Translations under genes and position numbers: made by a program
Assembly: GCF_036588685.1 (NCBI RefSeq)
Contig: NC_086382.1
Location: 54,374,001-54,438,000, forward strand
DNA length: 64,000 nt
From: Mytilus trossulus
Lineage: Eukaryota
Direction of reading: 5' to 3'
In this document: positions 42,801 to 49,033 of the stretch, piece after piece
How the letters are laid out: each line of letters begins with the position of its first letter
Position numbering within the stretch: position 1 is the first letter of the stretch
Notes under the pieces: generated by a model
What the model was told of the DNA's origin: nothing
The model's database searches: none
Seen by the model: the letters and a program-made list of their open reading frames with translations, nothing else

Positions 42801-45173
42801 TATGTCCCTCATAAATGATTTGTAATGGAAAAAATATTGCTGTAAAATCTACACATTATACAAATAGCACAATTATGGTATATTAGAATGAAATCTACTT
42901 CTATAAGTTAGAAAAACAATCACCTTGCTGGCTCATCAGGGAAAGCCACTCTCCTAGTAGAGAAAGTTAATATCAGTTTCAAGCGAGAAGATAAGAAAAT
43001 GATGCTGATCTTTAAATAAATTAAAGCTTTTGAAATACATTATATGGATGTAAAAGTACCCCATAAACAGAGATTATGAAGTATTTAAAAAAGTCTTCTT
43101 AATTATTAATCTCGAAACTTGAATGATTTACATTTCTGTTGTTAAATAGTCTCTCTTTAAGTGTAATGAATAGTTATATTTAAAATCAGATTGTTTTTCC
43201 TAATCAATAAGTTTTTAGTTAAAAGGTTTAATTAACTTCTGAACCTTACAAGAAAGATTATCGTGCAAAGTAACACTGATATGATTTTTTTTATTTACAG
43301 TTCAACAATAACAGTGAGATGCAAACAATTTTTATCAGACACCTTTTTCCAAGAAATATAGAATTATTGGCATTTATTGCATTGATAAGTAAATCAATAG
43401 TCAAATAATAATCTTAAAAACATGATTGGTGTCAAATCCAGATGAAGTGATGATTCAAAATGCAAAATTTTTACAATGATGTCTACATACCTTTCATCTG
43501 AGGTGTCATTTAAAATAGTTTCTATTGTGTTCATCCAATCAGTTACCAGTTCTTCATACTGACCAATCAGTTGTGTATCTAATGCTGCTTGTCTTTGCAT
43601 CTTAAAGTCATTCAAAATCACATTTTCTGGCTGCTTCAACATCTAATAAATATAACAGACATGGTTAAATTCTGTTATTTAAGTTTATGTTAATTTCATA
43701 TTGACTAATAAAGGTAGGTTATTTAACAAGATCTCATTCAAACGTTCACTCAGTTTGAGATATAAATTGCCATGTGTACCAAGTTCAAATGTTTACTAAT
43801 ATGAATAATTTGCTTTTAACCTCAAATAATACATGTACAATATAAATAGCTTTGTACTACATGTAGCTATAGCATTTCAAAATGTGAACTTGTTAAATCT
43901 GAAATTTGTTTATCAATGTCTGAACACCTAAAACCTTAGTATTAAGTTACTTAGGAAAATTTAAGATAATCATGTATGTTTATTTTTAAGTTTGCCACAT
44001 TTTACACACGTCCCAAGTCAAGAGTCTCTGGCCTTTGTTAGTCTGGTATGTTTTTCAATTTTTTTAATTCATTTAAATGTGATTTGGAGTTCAGTTTGGT
44101 GTCCATATTCACTGAACTAGGCTATTATCTGCTCTATTATCGGGTTGTTGTCTCTTTGACTACATATCCCCTATTTGATTTCCATTTTCAATTTATTTAT
44201 TCTCAATTTAGTTATTATTAATAATTTTTCCGATAATTGGTCCCTATTTCTGAAAGTAAATCTGCTATCTTTAGGTCAGTGTATAGTGCTGCTAACTTAT
44301 GGAACACAGTGACACACAAGAAATTGAGGTTGTTTTACTACATTTACATGTATAGTATAGATTTAAAATTTGTATGATAAAATAAGAATAATTGTCTTTT
44401 CACAGTAAAATATATTTATATGTACATTTTCATTACATACAGACCAAATGGACCAACTTTTGAGGTGTGAAAGTGCATTAGAAGTGAACAGACCTGATAC
44501 AAGGTAATTTTAGGAAAAACATTGTTTTTTGTCATACATGTAGGACAATTGTATGTGTGATGTGAAGATATATCTACTTTGAGAAGTCAATATTTAAGTG
44601 ATGTAAGTTTTTTAATCATGACAGTAATTCAATATAAATCATTTTTACCAATTGCTTTGAACTAGCCATGGATGCTGTTGACTCATTTAAAGCTGTAAGA
44701 AATTTATCCATACTATGAGTCAAGTTATTTTGGCTTTCGTTGTTGCATTCTCCCCATTCTTTCTGCGCTTTAATTAATGGTATGTAAACTTCTGATAATA
44801 ATGATGTAAGTGTTTCCATGGTATTATGCTTCAGTTCACCGCAGAAAATATCTCTTTCCATCCTTGTGGGATCAACATCTTTGTCGACTCTGTTCCTCAA
44901 GAAATACAACACATTCAACTGGTCCAAGTTGGCATCTTTCAGCGACGCAAGAGTGCCAGTCACATGTAAATGACTGGTTGCCAATTCTCCTTCAGGCAAT
45001 TTTTCACAGTAGAAAAACAATCTACATGGCCCCCCTGCTTTCAGAAATTTGTTTATTTTGTTAAGATTATTTTGTTCGGTCATAAAATCTTCAAGGAGAG
45101 TAGGGTTGTCATATCCACCTATTTTGAAACTTTCCTGGATCTTTCCGGCGATCCACCAATGTCGTTCGTCCAT
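616..45173 (-). CDS. Axonemal dynein heavy chain, outer-arm gamma type (DNAH5/DNAH8-like, divergent); 5' portion, 36 coding exons, continues beyond left edge
   Basis: Manually spliced GT-AG exons with consistent phases, 7154 nt in total. Motifs: GPLSELERW..EQLKS..AKSRLLKKW, ITDAMNDTKDKVKYL, RNAPPAAGAIHWSRQL (tail); [37 protein letters not shown] (linker); GPGGVGKT Walker A and WACFDE Walker B (AAA1). Confidence 0.93.
1181..1318 (-). CDS. Dynein HC exon 35 (Walker B)
   Basis: GCWACFDESQNL. Confidence 0.92.
1676..1774 (-). CDS. Dynein HC exon 34
   Basis: GLANLFGKFLMLVQCS...MGKIVQG. Confidence 0.9.
2179..2375 (-). CDS. Dynein HC exon 33 (AAA1 P-loop)
   Basis: LTPVTERCF...GPGGVGKTETVK. Confidence 0.95.
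2498..2770 (+). mobile_element. MITE with TTAA TSD (Kolobok-like)
   Basis: TIR GGTGGTACCYAACACT flanked by TTAA on both sides; copies at 17138-17404 and 41245-41517. Confidence 0.85.
4820..4928 (-). CDS. Dynein HC exon 32
   Basis: YLRDVLE...TDFEWRRSVRCYY. Confidence 0.9.
5498..5920 (+). repeat. High-copy interspersed repeat, family B (ends ...ggcaatcataccacatcttc-T tract)
   Basis: Related copies or fragments near 4175-4415, 37990-38130, 59075-59183 (-) and 62626-62905 (-). Confidence 0.75.
5971..6195 (-). CDS. Dynein HC exon 31
   Basis: YPAQVCKIGMLYFWT. Confidence 0.9.
6669..6803 (-). CDS. Dynein HC exon 30
   Basis: GVEVWLLGLSESM. Confidence 0.9.
7113..7244 (-). CDS. Dynein HC exon 29
   Basis: ...ATAISSSEGETIAL. 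Confidence 0.88.
8206..10059 (+). pseudogene. DIRS ORF1 (gag-like), about 617 codons, interrupted by two 1-nt frameshifts (near 9040 and 9537)
   Basis: Three ORF-track segments (8185-9105, 9102-9590, 9475-10059) join into one Pro/Ser-rich protein with a basic C-terminus, in the position expected for DIRS gag. Confidence 0.75.
9791..12178 (+). CDS. DIRS reverse transcriptase - RNase H - adenine-methyltransferase-like polyprotein
   Basis: YSRLFLVPKK, RPVIDL, LDLSDAYFHIP, LPFGLSTAP, YLDD; RNase H LFTDAS..HINVLEM..TDN..ADTLSR; MT-like IDLFA..YAFPP..PAWPKQSWF. The true start codon is uncertain. Confidence 0.93.
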   Translation: MVYPYSGFKRNSAKILLQSKLVYKLLMARGRLMLHLVLIVLLLRVVLLLLLRKGRITTANRRTNPITQEKAQVSLLVVLRVPRNLGLVPRFLPPRTLLTASPGENLQQVPQKSIPVGGRLSFFLNQWKKITSDCYVLSIIRGGLTLQFKNPPPLSAVPISLSHTQDPVKCQLLSVEVDTMLQKAAIEEVSILTLSPGFYSRLFLVPKKTRGMRPVIDLSILNKFLIIPHFKMETNRSIRASILPGMWTTSLDLSDAYFHIPISKTYRKYLRFVWNNKVFQFKALPFGLSTAPLAFTKIMQAAIAHLHSLSIQIHSYLDDSLLKEFCPIKLRVQTDLVINCFLSLGFLISWKKSEIIPSQDFVFLGEHFLTSVGLVLPPEEKFTKLCQKIHLFLTVQSVTARQFLQLLGLLNSLADVIPLGRLHIRPLQFYLHKLWIAASHEWEALIPITQPLFPHLQWWLVRENVMRGLCLSPQVPSLTLFTDASTLGWGAYLEGLTISGVWSPDLLEEHINVLEMKAVLFALNHFQMSLKNQSVILATDNTTVVAYLKNQGGTHSPSLYQIARDILLLCFQLQVHLVVRHIAGHLNILADTLSRSLAPVNTEWELLQVVFKAVTLHWGSPQIDLFATSLNHKLLTFVSPVPDPKSFAVDAMSLSWKGMFGYAFPPFRFLSPVLQKKAGENCKIIVIAPAWPKQSWFPDLLRLSCACPLVLPLRPDLLSQIKGKVLYQNPEKLHLHAWLLSGLASEREVFLKEQPSISQSLSETPLALSMMQNGQSSQIGVVSGKLILSKSLYNN
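11113..13095 (+). CDS. DIRS tyrosine recombinase (N-terminal part overlaps the RT/RNase H ORF)
   Basis: TIKGYRSAI, LALASGRRRSE (R), AKNQ (K), AHDVR (HxxR), AGFW, SHYL (Y). Confidence 0.93.
   Translation: MGSIDSNHSAFISTPSMVVSTGKCNEGPMSVPSSSQSNIIHRCLHPRLGSISGGAYNLGSLESRSFGRAYQCIGNESSSVCTESFPNVSKESVCHSGHGQHNSCSLSQESGRNSFTFSLSDSQRHSPSVFSTPGSSSGETYCGAPQYSSRHSIQISCSSKHGVGTTSSSFQSCDSSLGVTSDRSVCDQSQSQTSNICVSGSRSKIFCSRRNEPILERNVRVRLPSFQVSLPSTSEKSRGKLQDHSYCSSMAKTVLVSRPSAPIMCLSSSSTSETRPSVSNQGQGSLSKSRKTSSTRLASLRVSLRKRGFSEGATKHLTKSVRDSTSIVYDAKWSIFSDWCSEREIDPFQVTVQQLADFLVFLFESKGLCPSTIKGYRSAISRTIHISGGPDFGINEHISLLVRSFSLERPRQKTLVPKWDLGLVLSFLKLPPFEPAETIDLRFLSYKCCFLLALASGRRRSEIHAFSISDACLRFNRDKSSVTLLTDPAFLAKNQIPDKGAEPVVIPALPSDSISVLLCPVRILSIYLERTCSLRSVSNSRLFIPIKKGISDLSVKTISTWICKCISLAYGSSKAELLNSFNVKAHDVRGISTSWALFNSASLEEVLSAGFWRNENSFISHYLQSMATFAESLYSLGPIVSAQRLNFPPVSSVTGDSALR
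13104..13201 (+). repeat. DIRS internal complementary region (ICR)
   Basis: Reverse complement of the left terminus joined through AAAA (13140-13143) to the reverse complement of the right terminal extension. Confidence 0.93.
16051..16258 (-). CDS. Dynein HC exon 28 (start of linker insertion)
   Basis: SLFSSISDVKLEE followed by low-complexity sequence; cag/GTAAGT. Confidence 0.85.
16546..16748 (-). CDS. Dynein HC exon 27
   Basis: [29 protein letters not shown]. Confidence 0.95.
17138..17404 (-). mobile_element. MITE, same family as 2498-2770, inverted
   Basis: Reverse-complement similarity; ends GGTGGTACC...GGTACCATC-TTAA. Confidence 0.82.
17542..17634 (-). CDS. Dynein HC exon 26
   Basis: [20 protein letters not shown]. 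Confidence 0.93.
18098..18458 (-). CDS. Dynein HC exon 25
   Basis: [15 protein letters not shown] (DHC_N2 linker). Confidence 0.95.
19076..19436 (+). repeat. High-copy interspersed repeat, family A (aaaattgagaatggaaatggggaatgtgtc...)
   Basis: Near-identical to 55030-55435; inverted copy at 41551-41961; fragments near 5017-5140, 18713-18770 and 44006-44195. Confidence 0.85.
19579..19688 (-). CDS. Dynein HC exon 24
   Basis: EIRNRHWSRVM. Confidence 0.92.
21062..21270. mobile_element. MITE with TA flanks (Tc1/mariner-like)
   Basis: TA-CTGTAAATTCAGAAATTATTG...CAATAATTTCTGATTTACAG-TA. Confidence 0.75.
21347..21478 (-). CDS. Dynein HC exon 23
   Basis: CLALPSKLKDKDAYNDLK...PLL. Confidence 0.92.
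21827..22153 (-). CDS. Dynein HC exon 22
   Basis: GPMVPGIPPSEAVSRL...LWADVDLE. Confidence 0.93.
22189..22335. repeat. 29-bp tandem repeat, 5 copies
   Basis: Unit aataaagcaattgtaaggtatattcattg. Confidence 0.95.
22695..22851 (-). CDS. Dynein HC exon 21
   Basis: EVEEVDQLRDKWQEL. Confidence 0.9.
23355..23823 (-). CDS. Dynein HC exon 20
   Basis: YDFLWKDD...LPIETMYAKL. Confidence 0.92.
23930..24411. mobile_element. MITE (Kolobok-like), TIR AGGAGTAGGTCCGGT
   Basis: 15-bp TIR; flanks TGAA and TTAG (degenerate TTAA). Confidence 0.78.
24561..24665 (-). CDS. Dynein HC exon 19
   Basis: VTWVERD...FHDRITSDAEV. Confidence 0.85.
25049..25161 (-). CDS. Dynein HC exon 18
   Basis: FEIEVGFNIPVIAVQPTLDTAQTAIN. 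Confidence 0.88.
25559..25841 (-). CDS. Dynein HC exon 17 (Ser/Thr-rich insertion)
   Basis: FYKEQVYEAVLTATKRSL...SPRRTSRAAS... Confidence 0.85.
26241..26355 (-). CDS. Dynein HC exon 16
   Basis: LEHHNPKAKK...FISNLI; tag/GTATGT. Confidence 0.8.
27244..27517. mobile_element. Non-autonomous DNA element with a 5' hairpin and asymmetric inverted repeats (family uncertain)
   Basis: Imperfect hairpin of about 100 bp at 27248-27346; TTATCGCTATTTT (27349) and AAAATAGCGATAA (27505-27517). Confidence 0.6.
28179..28304 (-). CDS. Dynein HC exon 15
   Basis: PPHEFRDVMLDRV...LLATRK; phase 0-0. Confidence 0.82.
28650..28804 (-). CDS. Dynein HC exon 14
   Basis: DAFLHQIHSA...AITRPW. Confidence 0.85.
28988..29247 (-). 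CDS. Dynein HC exon 13
   Basis: VLELIHEAKWL...LQPGLTTLAWNSMNI. Confidence 0.92.
29685..29989 (-). CDS. Dynein HC exon 12
   Basis: PQMVRNAPPAAGAIHWSRQLLKRIEDPM. Confidence 0.93.
30456..30576 (-). CDS. Dynein HC exon 11
   Basis: ...IFNWYETDLEEVQRIYETHK. Confidence 0.88.
30886..31347 (+). mobile_element. Helentron-associated (HINE/pearl-like) element
   Basis: Two internal tandem units of about 157 bp, a GACR microsatellite, and a terminal palindrome ATGCCCCGCTAC..GTAGGTGGGGCAT; inverted relative near 56620-56854. Confidence 0.78.
31392..31528 (-). CDS. Dynein HC exon 10
   Basis: DRDRFDMYYNNF...GLDIIT; cag/GTAATG. Confidence 0.85.
32692..32825 (-). CDS. Dynein HC exon 9
   Basis: KYYPEDEEDDGPG...MLDVESK; tag/GTAAGA. 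Confidence 0.82.
33218..33835. mobile_element. MITE with TTAA TSD (Kolobok-like)
   Basis: TTAA-GGGCATATGATACAGTT...AACTGTATCGTACGCCC-TTAA. Confidence 0.87.
34070..34291 (-). CDS. Dynein HC exon 8 (acidic insertion)
   Basis: REAAEQEEAMNAENS...EQLAVL; cag/GTATGT. Confidence 0.8.
34789..34910 (-). CDS. Dynein HC exon 7
   Basis: MVTLTAGMPRLRKDDF...; phase 2 to 1 is needed to keep the frame. Confidence 0.75.
35094..36842. mobile_element. Non-autonomous DNA transposon with CAGGG termini, 5-bp TSD CAGTG and a nested foldback element
   Basis: TIR CAGGGTTCAAAATAAG / CTTATTTCGACCCCTG; CAGTG at 35089-35093 and 36843-36847. Confidence 0.78.
35855..36010. repeat. 156-bp near-perfect palindrome
   Basis: Arms pair around the gtcCTTCGGac apex. 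Confidence 0.92.
37073..37270 (-). CDS. Dynein HC exon 6
   Basis: ...MDSFCTRIKQLIDVINTLSQYN; cag/GTAAGT. Confidence 0.85.
37663..37865 (-). CDS. Dynein HC exon 5
   Basis: GGIQRSK...RLRACLSLQGFYRD; phase 0 to 2. Confidence 0.82.
38388..38769 (-). CDS. Dynein HC exon 4
   Basis: ITDAMNDTKDKVKYL...KITNQLV; cag/GTACAG. Confidence 0.92.
39221..39394 (-). CDS. Dynein HC exon 3 (DHC_N1 start)
   Basis: FMDPNAGPLSELERW...KKWKVVDA; tag/GTAAGT. Confidence 0.92.
41245..41517 (+). mobile_element. MITE, same family as 2498-2770
   Basis: TTAA-GGTGGTACC...GGTACCACC-TTAA. Confidence 0.87.
41551..41961 (-). repeat. Interspersed repeat family A, inverted copy
   Basis: Reverse complement of 19076-19436 and 55030-55435. 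Confidence 0.82.
43491..43642 (-). CDS. Dynein HC exon 2
   Basis: tag/GTATGT; MLKQPEN...YEELVTDWMNTIE. Confidence 0.85.
44649..45173 (-). CDS. Dynein HC coding exon 1 (MDERHWWIAGKIQESF...SSKQL)
   Basis: ATG in aaaATGg context; GT donor, phase 0; an upstream acceptor at 45201-45202 implies a 5' UTR exon. Confidence 0.8.
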
Positions 45174-45302
45174 TTTAATGCAAAATGGTACCAAACCTAT
45201 CTACAACATATAACTATTTCAAAATTAAAAGTGGCCTTTCCATCTACGGTTTCTGTAGCTTGTTTCTAAAGTTATGGAACGCTGAACTTCTTTCATATGT
45301 AG

Positions 45303-45326
45303 GCCGCCATCATTGTTGTTGGTAAC
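45303..45326 (-). promoter_or_regulatory. Putative dynein promoter elements: YY1-type GCCGCCAT and RFX X-box-like GTTGTTGGTAAC
   Basis: 130-150 bp upstream of the dynein ATG; RFX sites are typical of motile-cilia genes; only one half-site is perfect. Confidence 0.45.
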
Positions 45327-45520
45327 CAAAAGTGCCCGTATGAAGCACCTGTTCAAACGTTGTTGTCTCCCCTTAAAATATTCATTATTATATTTTTAAT
45401 CTCTGTAATGATTATATTGGAAGGCTATTTTATTGAATTTCATAAGATTTTCAAGAAATGAAGGAATTTATAAAGAAAAAGGTCAGAATACTTGAGCTTT
45501 TTTCTTAACCTTTTAAACCT

Positions 45521-45577
45521 ACTTTCACTTTCGGAAATTCGAAATTCTATGTTGTACTTTCACTTTGATCTGAAGGT
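45521..45577 (+). promoter_or_regulatory. IRF-E/ISRE-like motifs and a candidate 5' UTR exon donor for the BTB genes
   Basis: ACTTTCACTTTC at 45521-45532 (reverse complement GAAAGTGAAAGT), adjacent GGAAATTC, second ACTTTCACTTTG at 45556-45567, donor AAG|GTAAGA at 45576. Confidence 0.45.
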
Positions 45578-45989
45578 AAGATGTTTAAATACCAAAAAAA
45601 AAACTCCGAACCTTAACATAACTGTCATATCTCTTTGAGTTATTTATAAAACCGTCAATTCTGATGAAATAGTGAAGGAATCTCGTTTTTTTTAAACCAC
45701 GAGAAAGAAAGACCAACAGGTACATATATTTGCCGGCAAATAAGAAAATCTCTGGTTAGATATTTTTAGGGAATATTTTATGTTTTCTTCTTATTCAGTT
45801 TCAGAAAACCATCAACATACTGATGTTTACTTTCCGGGGCATGCCTGTTATTTTTTTCTCTCAAATTTATGTATTTATAAATATAGTTAAACATGTTAAG
45901 CATATAAGATTGTCAATTTTTGTGTATTCCATATTAGTTTTTTGTATATTTGTTGATTTATGATTATTATTATGTATGCCATACTGTGA

Positions 45990-47190
45990 ATCCTATCCGT
46001 AATGTATTTACAATAAAATCAGGGAAATTAGTAACGCAAAAGATACAGAACAACTGTAGAAAGACATTGAAGCGTTAGAAAAGTGTGTGTGTGTGGGGGG
46101 GGGGGGGGCATGGATGATGTGATATTCCATCCATCAAAGTGATCCATCAAAGTGCAATATTGTCCTCATACCACCAAAGAACAAAGAACCTATACAATAC
46201 CCATACACTCTACATGGACACATAATCGAAACAGTAGATAGTGCCAAGTACTTGGGAGTTTCAACATGTTCAATATACAACAATCTCTCATGGAACAAAC
46301 ATATCCAGAGTGGTATAGCAAAGGGTAACCGAACACTTGGGTTTGTTAAACGAAACCAAAAAGAATGTTCAAGGAAAGTATATAAGGCTGCTGGCTATAC
46401 AACTCTCGTACGATCTGTCATAGAGTATGCTTCTACAGAGGCGGATCCAGAAATTTTCATAAGTGGGGCCCCACTGACTGACCTCAGAGGGGGCCGCTCC
46501 AGTCACGCTTCAGTGATTCCCTCTATAAGCAACCAATTTTTCCCCAAAAAAGGGGGGGCGGACCCACTACCCCCCCCCCCCTTAAATCCGCCTCTGTTCC
46601 ACTATATGGGACCCAACTAACCAAGCAAGCACCAACACACTAGAACTCATACAGAAGAGAGCTGTTACTGAAAGTTGTCTATAATGACTATACACATCAC
46701 GCACACCAGGGTGTGTCACTACAATGTTAGAAGACATAAAATGGGACACATTGCAGACAAGACTCCATGACAACAGGGTATGCATGCTCTATCGTATCCA
46801 GAATGAGCTGATATACATCAACAAGAGTACTTACCTCAAAGGTGGCGACAGTAGAACTCGTGGAGGACACACGTTTTACCAACAGATCATGATCACCAGT
46901 GATGTCTACAGGAACTCCTTATTTCCAAGAACAATCATGGAACGGAATACATCATCTGATAGGGTTGCTGAAGCGGGACTCAGTTGAAGATTTCCGCGCA
47001 GGGCTACAGACAACACATTAAAACAAGACTGAACGATTGTACATAATTTTAACCGTAACAACCTGATGTATAGTAAATACTGTATATAGCCTTAGGGGGG
47101 GGGGGCTAGATATGTAATGTCACCATGCGTAGTCCCGCAGAGTTTAAACGTTTCATCCAAGGAGCCCAACTCTAATATGGAAGAAGAAGA
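45990..47190 (+). mobile_element. 5'-truncated, decayed non-LTR retrotransposon (CR1/L2-group RT C-terminus)
   Basis: KYLGV..LSWNKHI..KGNRTLGFVKRN..YTTLVRS.IEYAS..WDP..FPRTI; ends in a GAAGAAGAAGA tail. Confidence 0.85.
46436..46596. mobile_element. MITE CAGAGGCGGAT...ATCCGCCTCTG with 5-bp TSD (TTCTA/TTCCA), inserted in the LINE
   Basis: Empty site in the duplicate near 52525 (gcttcta|ctatatggg). Confidence 0.87.
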
Positions 47191-47497
47191 TATATATTCT
47201 TTCTGATTTGAAAAGAAAATGGTGATTCAGAGGGTAGTGATGTGATATTGACCATGAAGATATTCAGTGATCATCCGTATATATCATTTCACTTTTAGTT
47301 GCAACCTTCTCAGTGAGGCTTGGTGACATACACATTCCTTTAATGATTTTTTTCTAATTAGTATGAATTGAAGTCGGACTGTCCTCTAGTAAGTTTCATA
47401 CTTTTAACAGTGAATGCAATCTTTGACAAACCAGTTACGTACTAAATTATATATATTTCTTTTATTTCAGGCTGAGTGCTGAGTTCCGAGAACTGGG

Positions 47498-49033
47498 ATG
47501 TCTTACTGTACATTCAGAGAAAAGCATTACCAGAGACAGATCTGTCTTAAAATATATAAAGCCCGTGAAGCCAGAAAGTATTGTGATGTTACTTTGCAGT
47601 CTGGCGTTGTAAAAGTCACCGCACATAAACTTATTCTGACATCTTTTTCAGATTTTTTTGAGACACTGTTTCAAGGTAATTCATTACAGGAACTTTTTAT
47701 AATAAGTGATATTTCTCCTGAAATACTAGAAACTATCGTACAATTTGCGTACAGTGGGGAAATAAAGATAACAGTGCACAATGTAATGGAATTATATGAA
47801 GCTGCCGTTCTTCTGAAAGCAGATGGTCTGAAAAAGGTAGCAGTTAATTTCATGAAAAGGCATGTGCATGTTGATTTTGACAACCTTGTCAAAATGTCAA
47901 CCTTTGCATGCACATTGAGTTTACTGCAACAACAGAAAGCAGTATGCTCATTTATTACGAAGAATTTTGAAGATGTTAAAAAGAAAGGACTTTTGAATTC
48001 GCTTTCAGTAGATCATTTGGAAACATTGCTGTCAAACACAAACTTCTCGGTTTTGATATTTGATATTCCCGCCGAAAACATAGAACTGGAGTTGCTGAAG
48101 GTTGTACTAGAATACATCTCAAACAAAGGTGGTGATCAAATCGAAAAACTTAACGTAGATTCACTTTTATGGACTATCAAATTTTCGGAAATTCCGTTCC
48201 ACGACTTAGTTGAAACATTAGAAAATTACCCTTCTGTATATGACAGTGATGCTATAAGAAATATTCTACTTTATATACAATACCCTAGAAACCAATCGAT
48301 AGATCAACTATTGCCAAAGAAGTGGTCTGAGGTCAGGAAATTTTCAGGGTACTGTAGAAATATGGAATACCATTATGATTATCATGGACATAATTGGACA
48401 AGGGATGTTGAATTTGTGGATGACCGTGCTTCAGAAATCAGAATGTTTGTCTCAAAATGTCTTTGCAGTACATTGGAGAAAAAGAAAGCTAGAACAAGGA
48501 TCAATAGAATTGTAGTTACTTGCAGAAGTGGTAAAGAACTGAGCGTCATACACGAAGACAGCAAGGAAAAGATATGCAACAAGAAATGTTCTGGTATAGA
48601 ACTATCAGAGGAGAGATTTGCATTACAACAGAATGAAGTTATTGTTAAAGTTGAGAACTTTTACAATACCACAGAAATGGGTCTGAGGTTTACTTCTAAC
48701 TATGGCAATGTATTCGGCCCGTATGGCTCGGATTTTCCCAAAGATACTGCTGGGATAAAAACCAATAAACCGGGAAGTGAGCGCGGATATTTTTACTCTT
48801 TCTGTGGAACTGTATTGACAAAAACGTATTACCCTAATTGTCTCTGGGTAGGAGTTAACTTGCGAAGTCGGTCACCATCACCAGAAGAATCACATTGCAG
48901 AGATGAGCATGACAGTTGGAGTAATGATAGTTATGAAGATCATAGCTACAGTGACCATGATAGTATAGACAAATATATAAATCTGGAAGAAGAGTTTTAT
49001 GATTCTCCAGGGTACTACCAAGAAAGTGATTAA
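47498..49033 (+). CDS. BTB/POZ-BACK protein with C-terminal jacalin-like domain and acidic tail, copy 1 (511 aa, intronless CDS)
   Basis: BTB CDVTL..AHKLIL..SDFFETLF..IVQFAYSGEI; BACK-like FITKNFEDV..LSVDHLETLLS..ELELLKVVLEYI; jacalin-like FALQQNEVIVKV..GLRFTSNYGNVFGPYG; splice acceptor at 47469-47470. Confidence 0.88.
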   Translation: MSYCTFREKHYQRQICLKIYKAREARKYCDVTLQSGVVKVTAHKLILTSFSDFFETLFQGNSLQELFIISDISPEILETIVQFAYSGEIKITVHNVMELYEAAVLLKADGLKKVAVNFMKRHVHVDFDNLVKMSTFACTLSLLQQQKAVCSFITKNFEDVKKKGLLNSLSVDHLETLLSNTNFSVLIFDIPAENIELELLKVVLEYISNKGGDQIEKLNVDSLLWTIKFSEIPFHDLVETLENYPSVYDSDAIRNILLYIQYPRNQSIDQLLPKKWSEVRKFSGYCRNMEYHYDYHGHNWTRDVEFVDDRASEIRMFVSKCLCSTLEKKKARTRINRIVVTCRSGKELSVIHEDSKEKICNKKCSGIELSEERFALQQNEVIVKVENFYNTTEMGLRFTSNYGNVFGPYGSDFPKDTAGIKTNKPGSERGYFYSFCGTVLTKTYYPNCLWVGVNLRSRSPSPEESHCRDEHDSWSNDSYEDHSYSDHDSIDKYINLEEEFYDSPGYYQESD

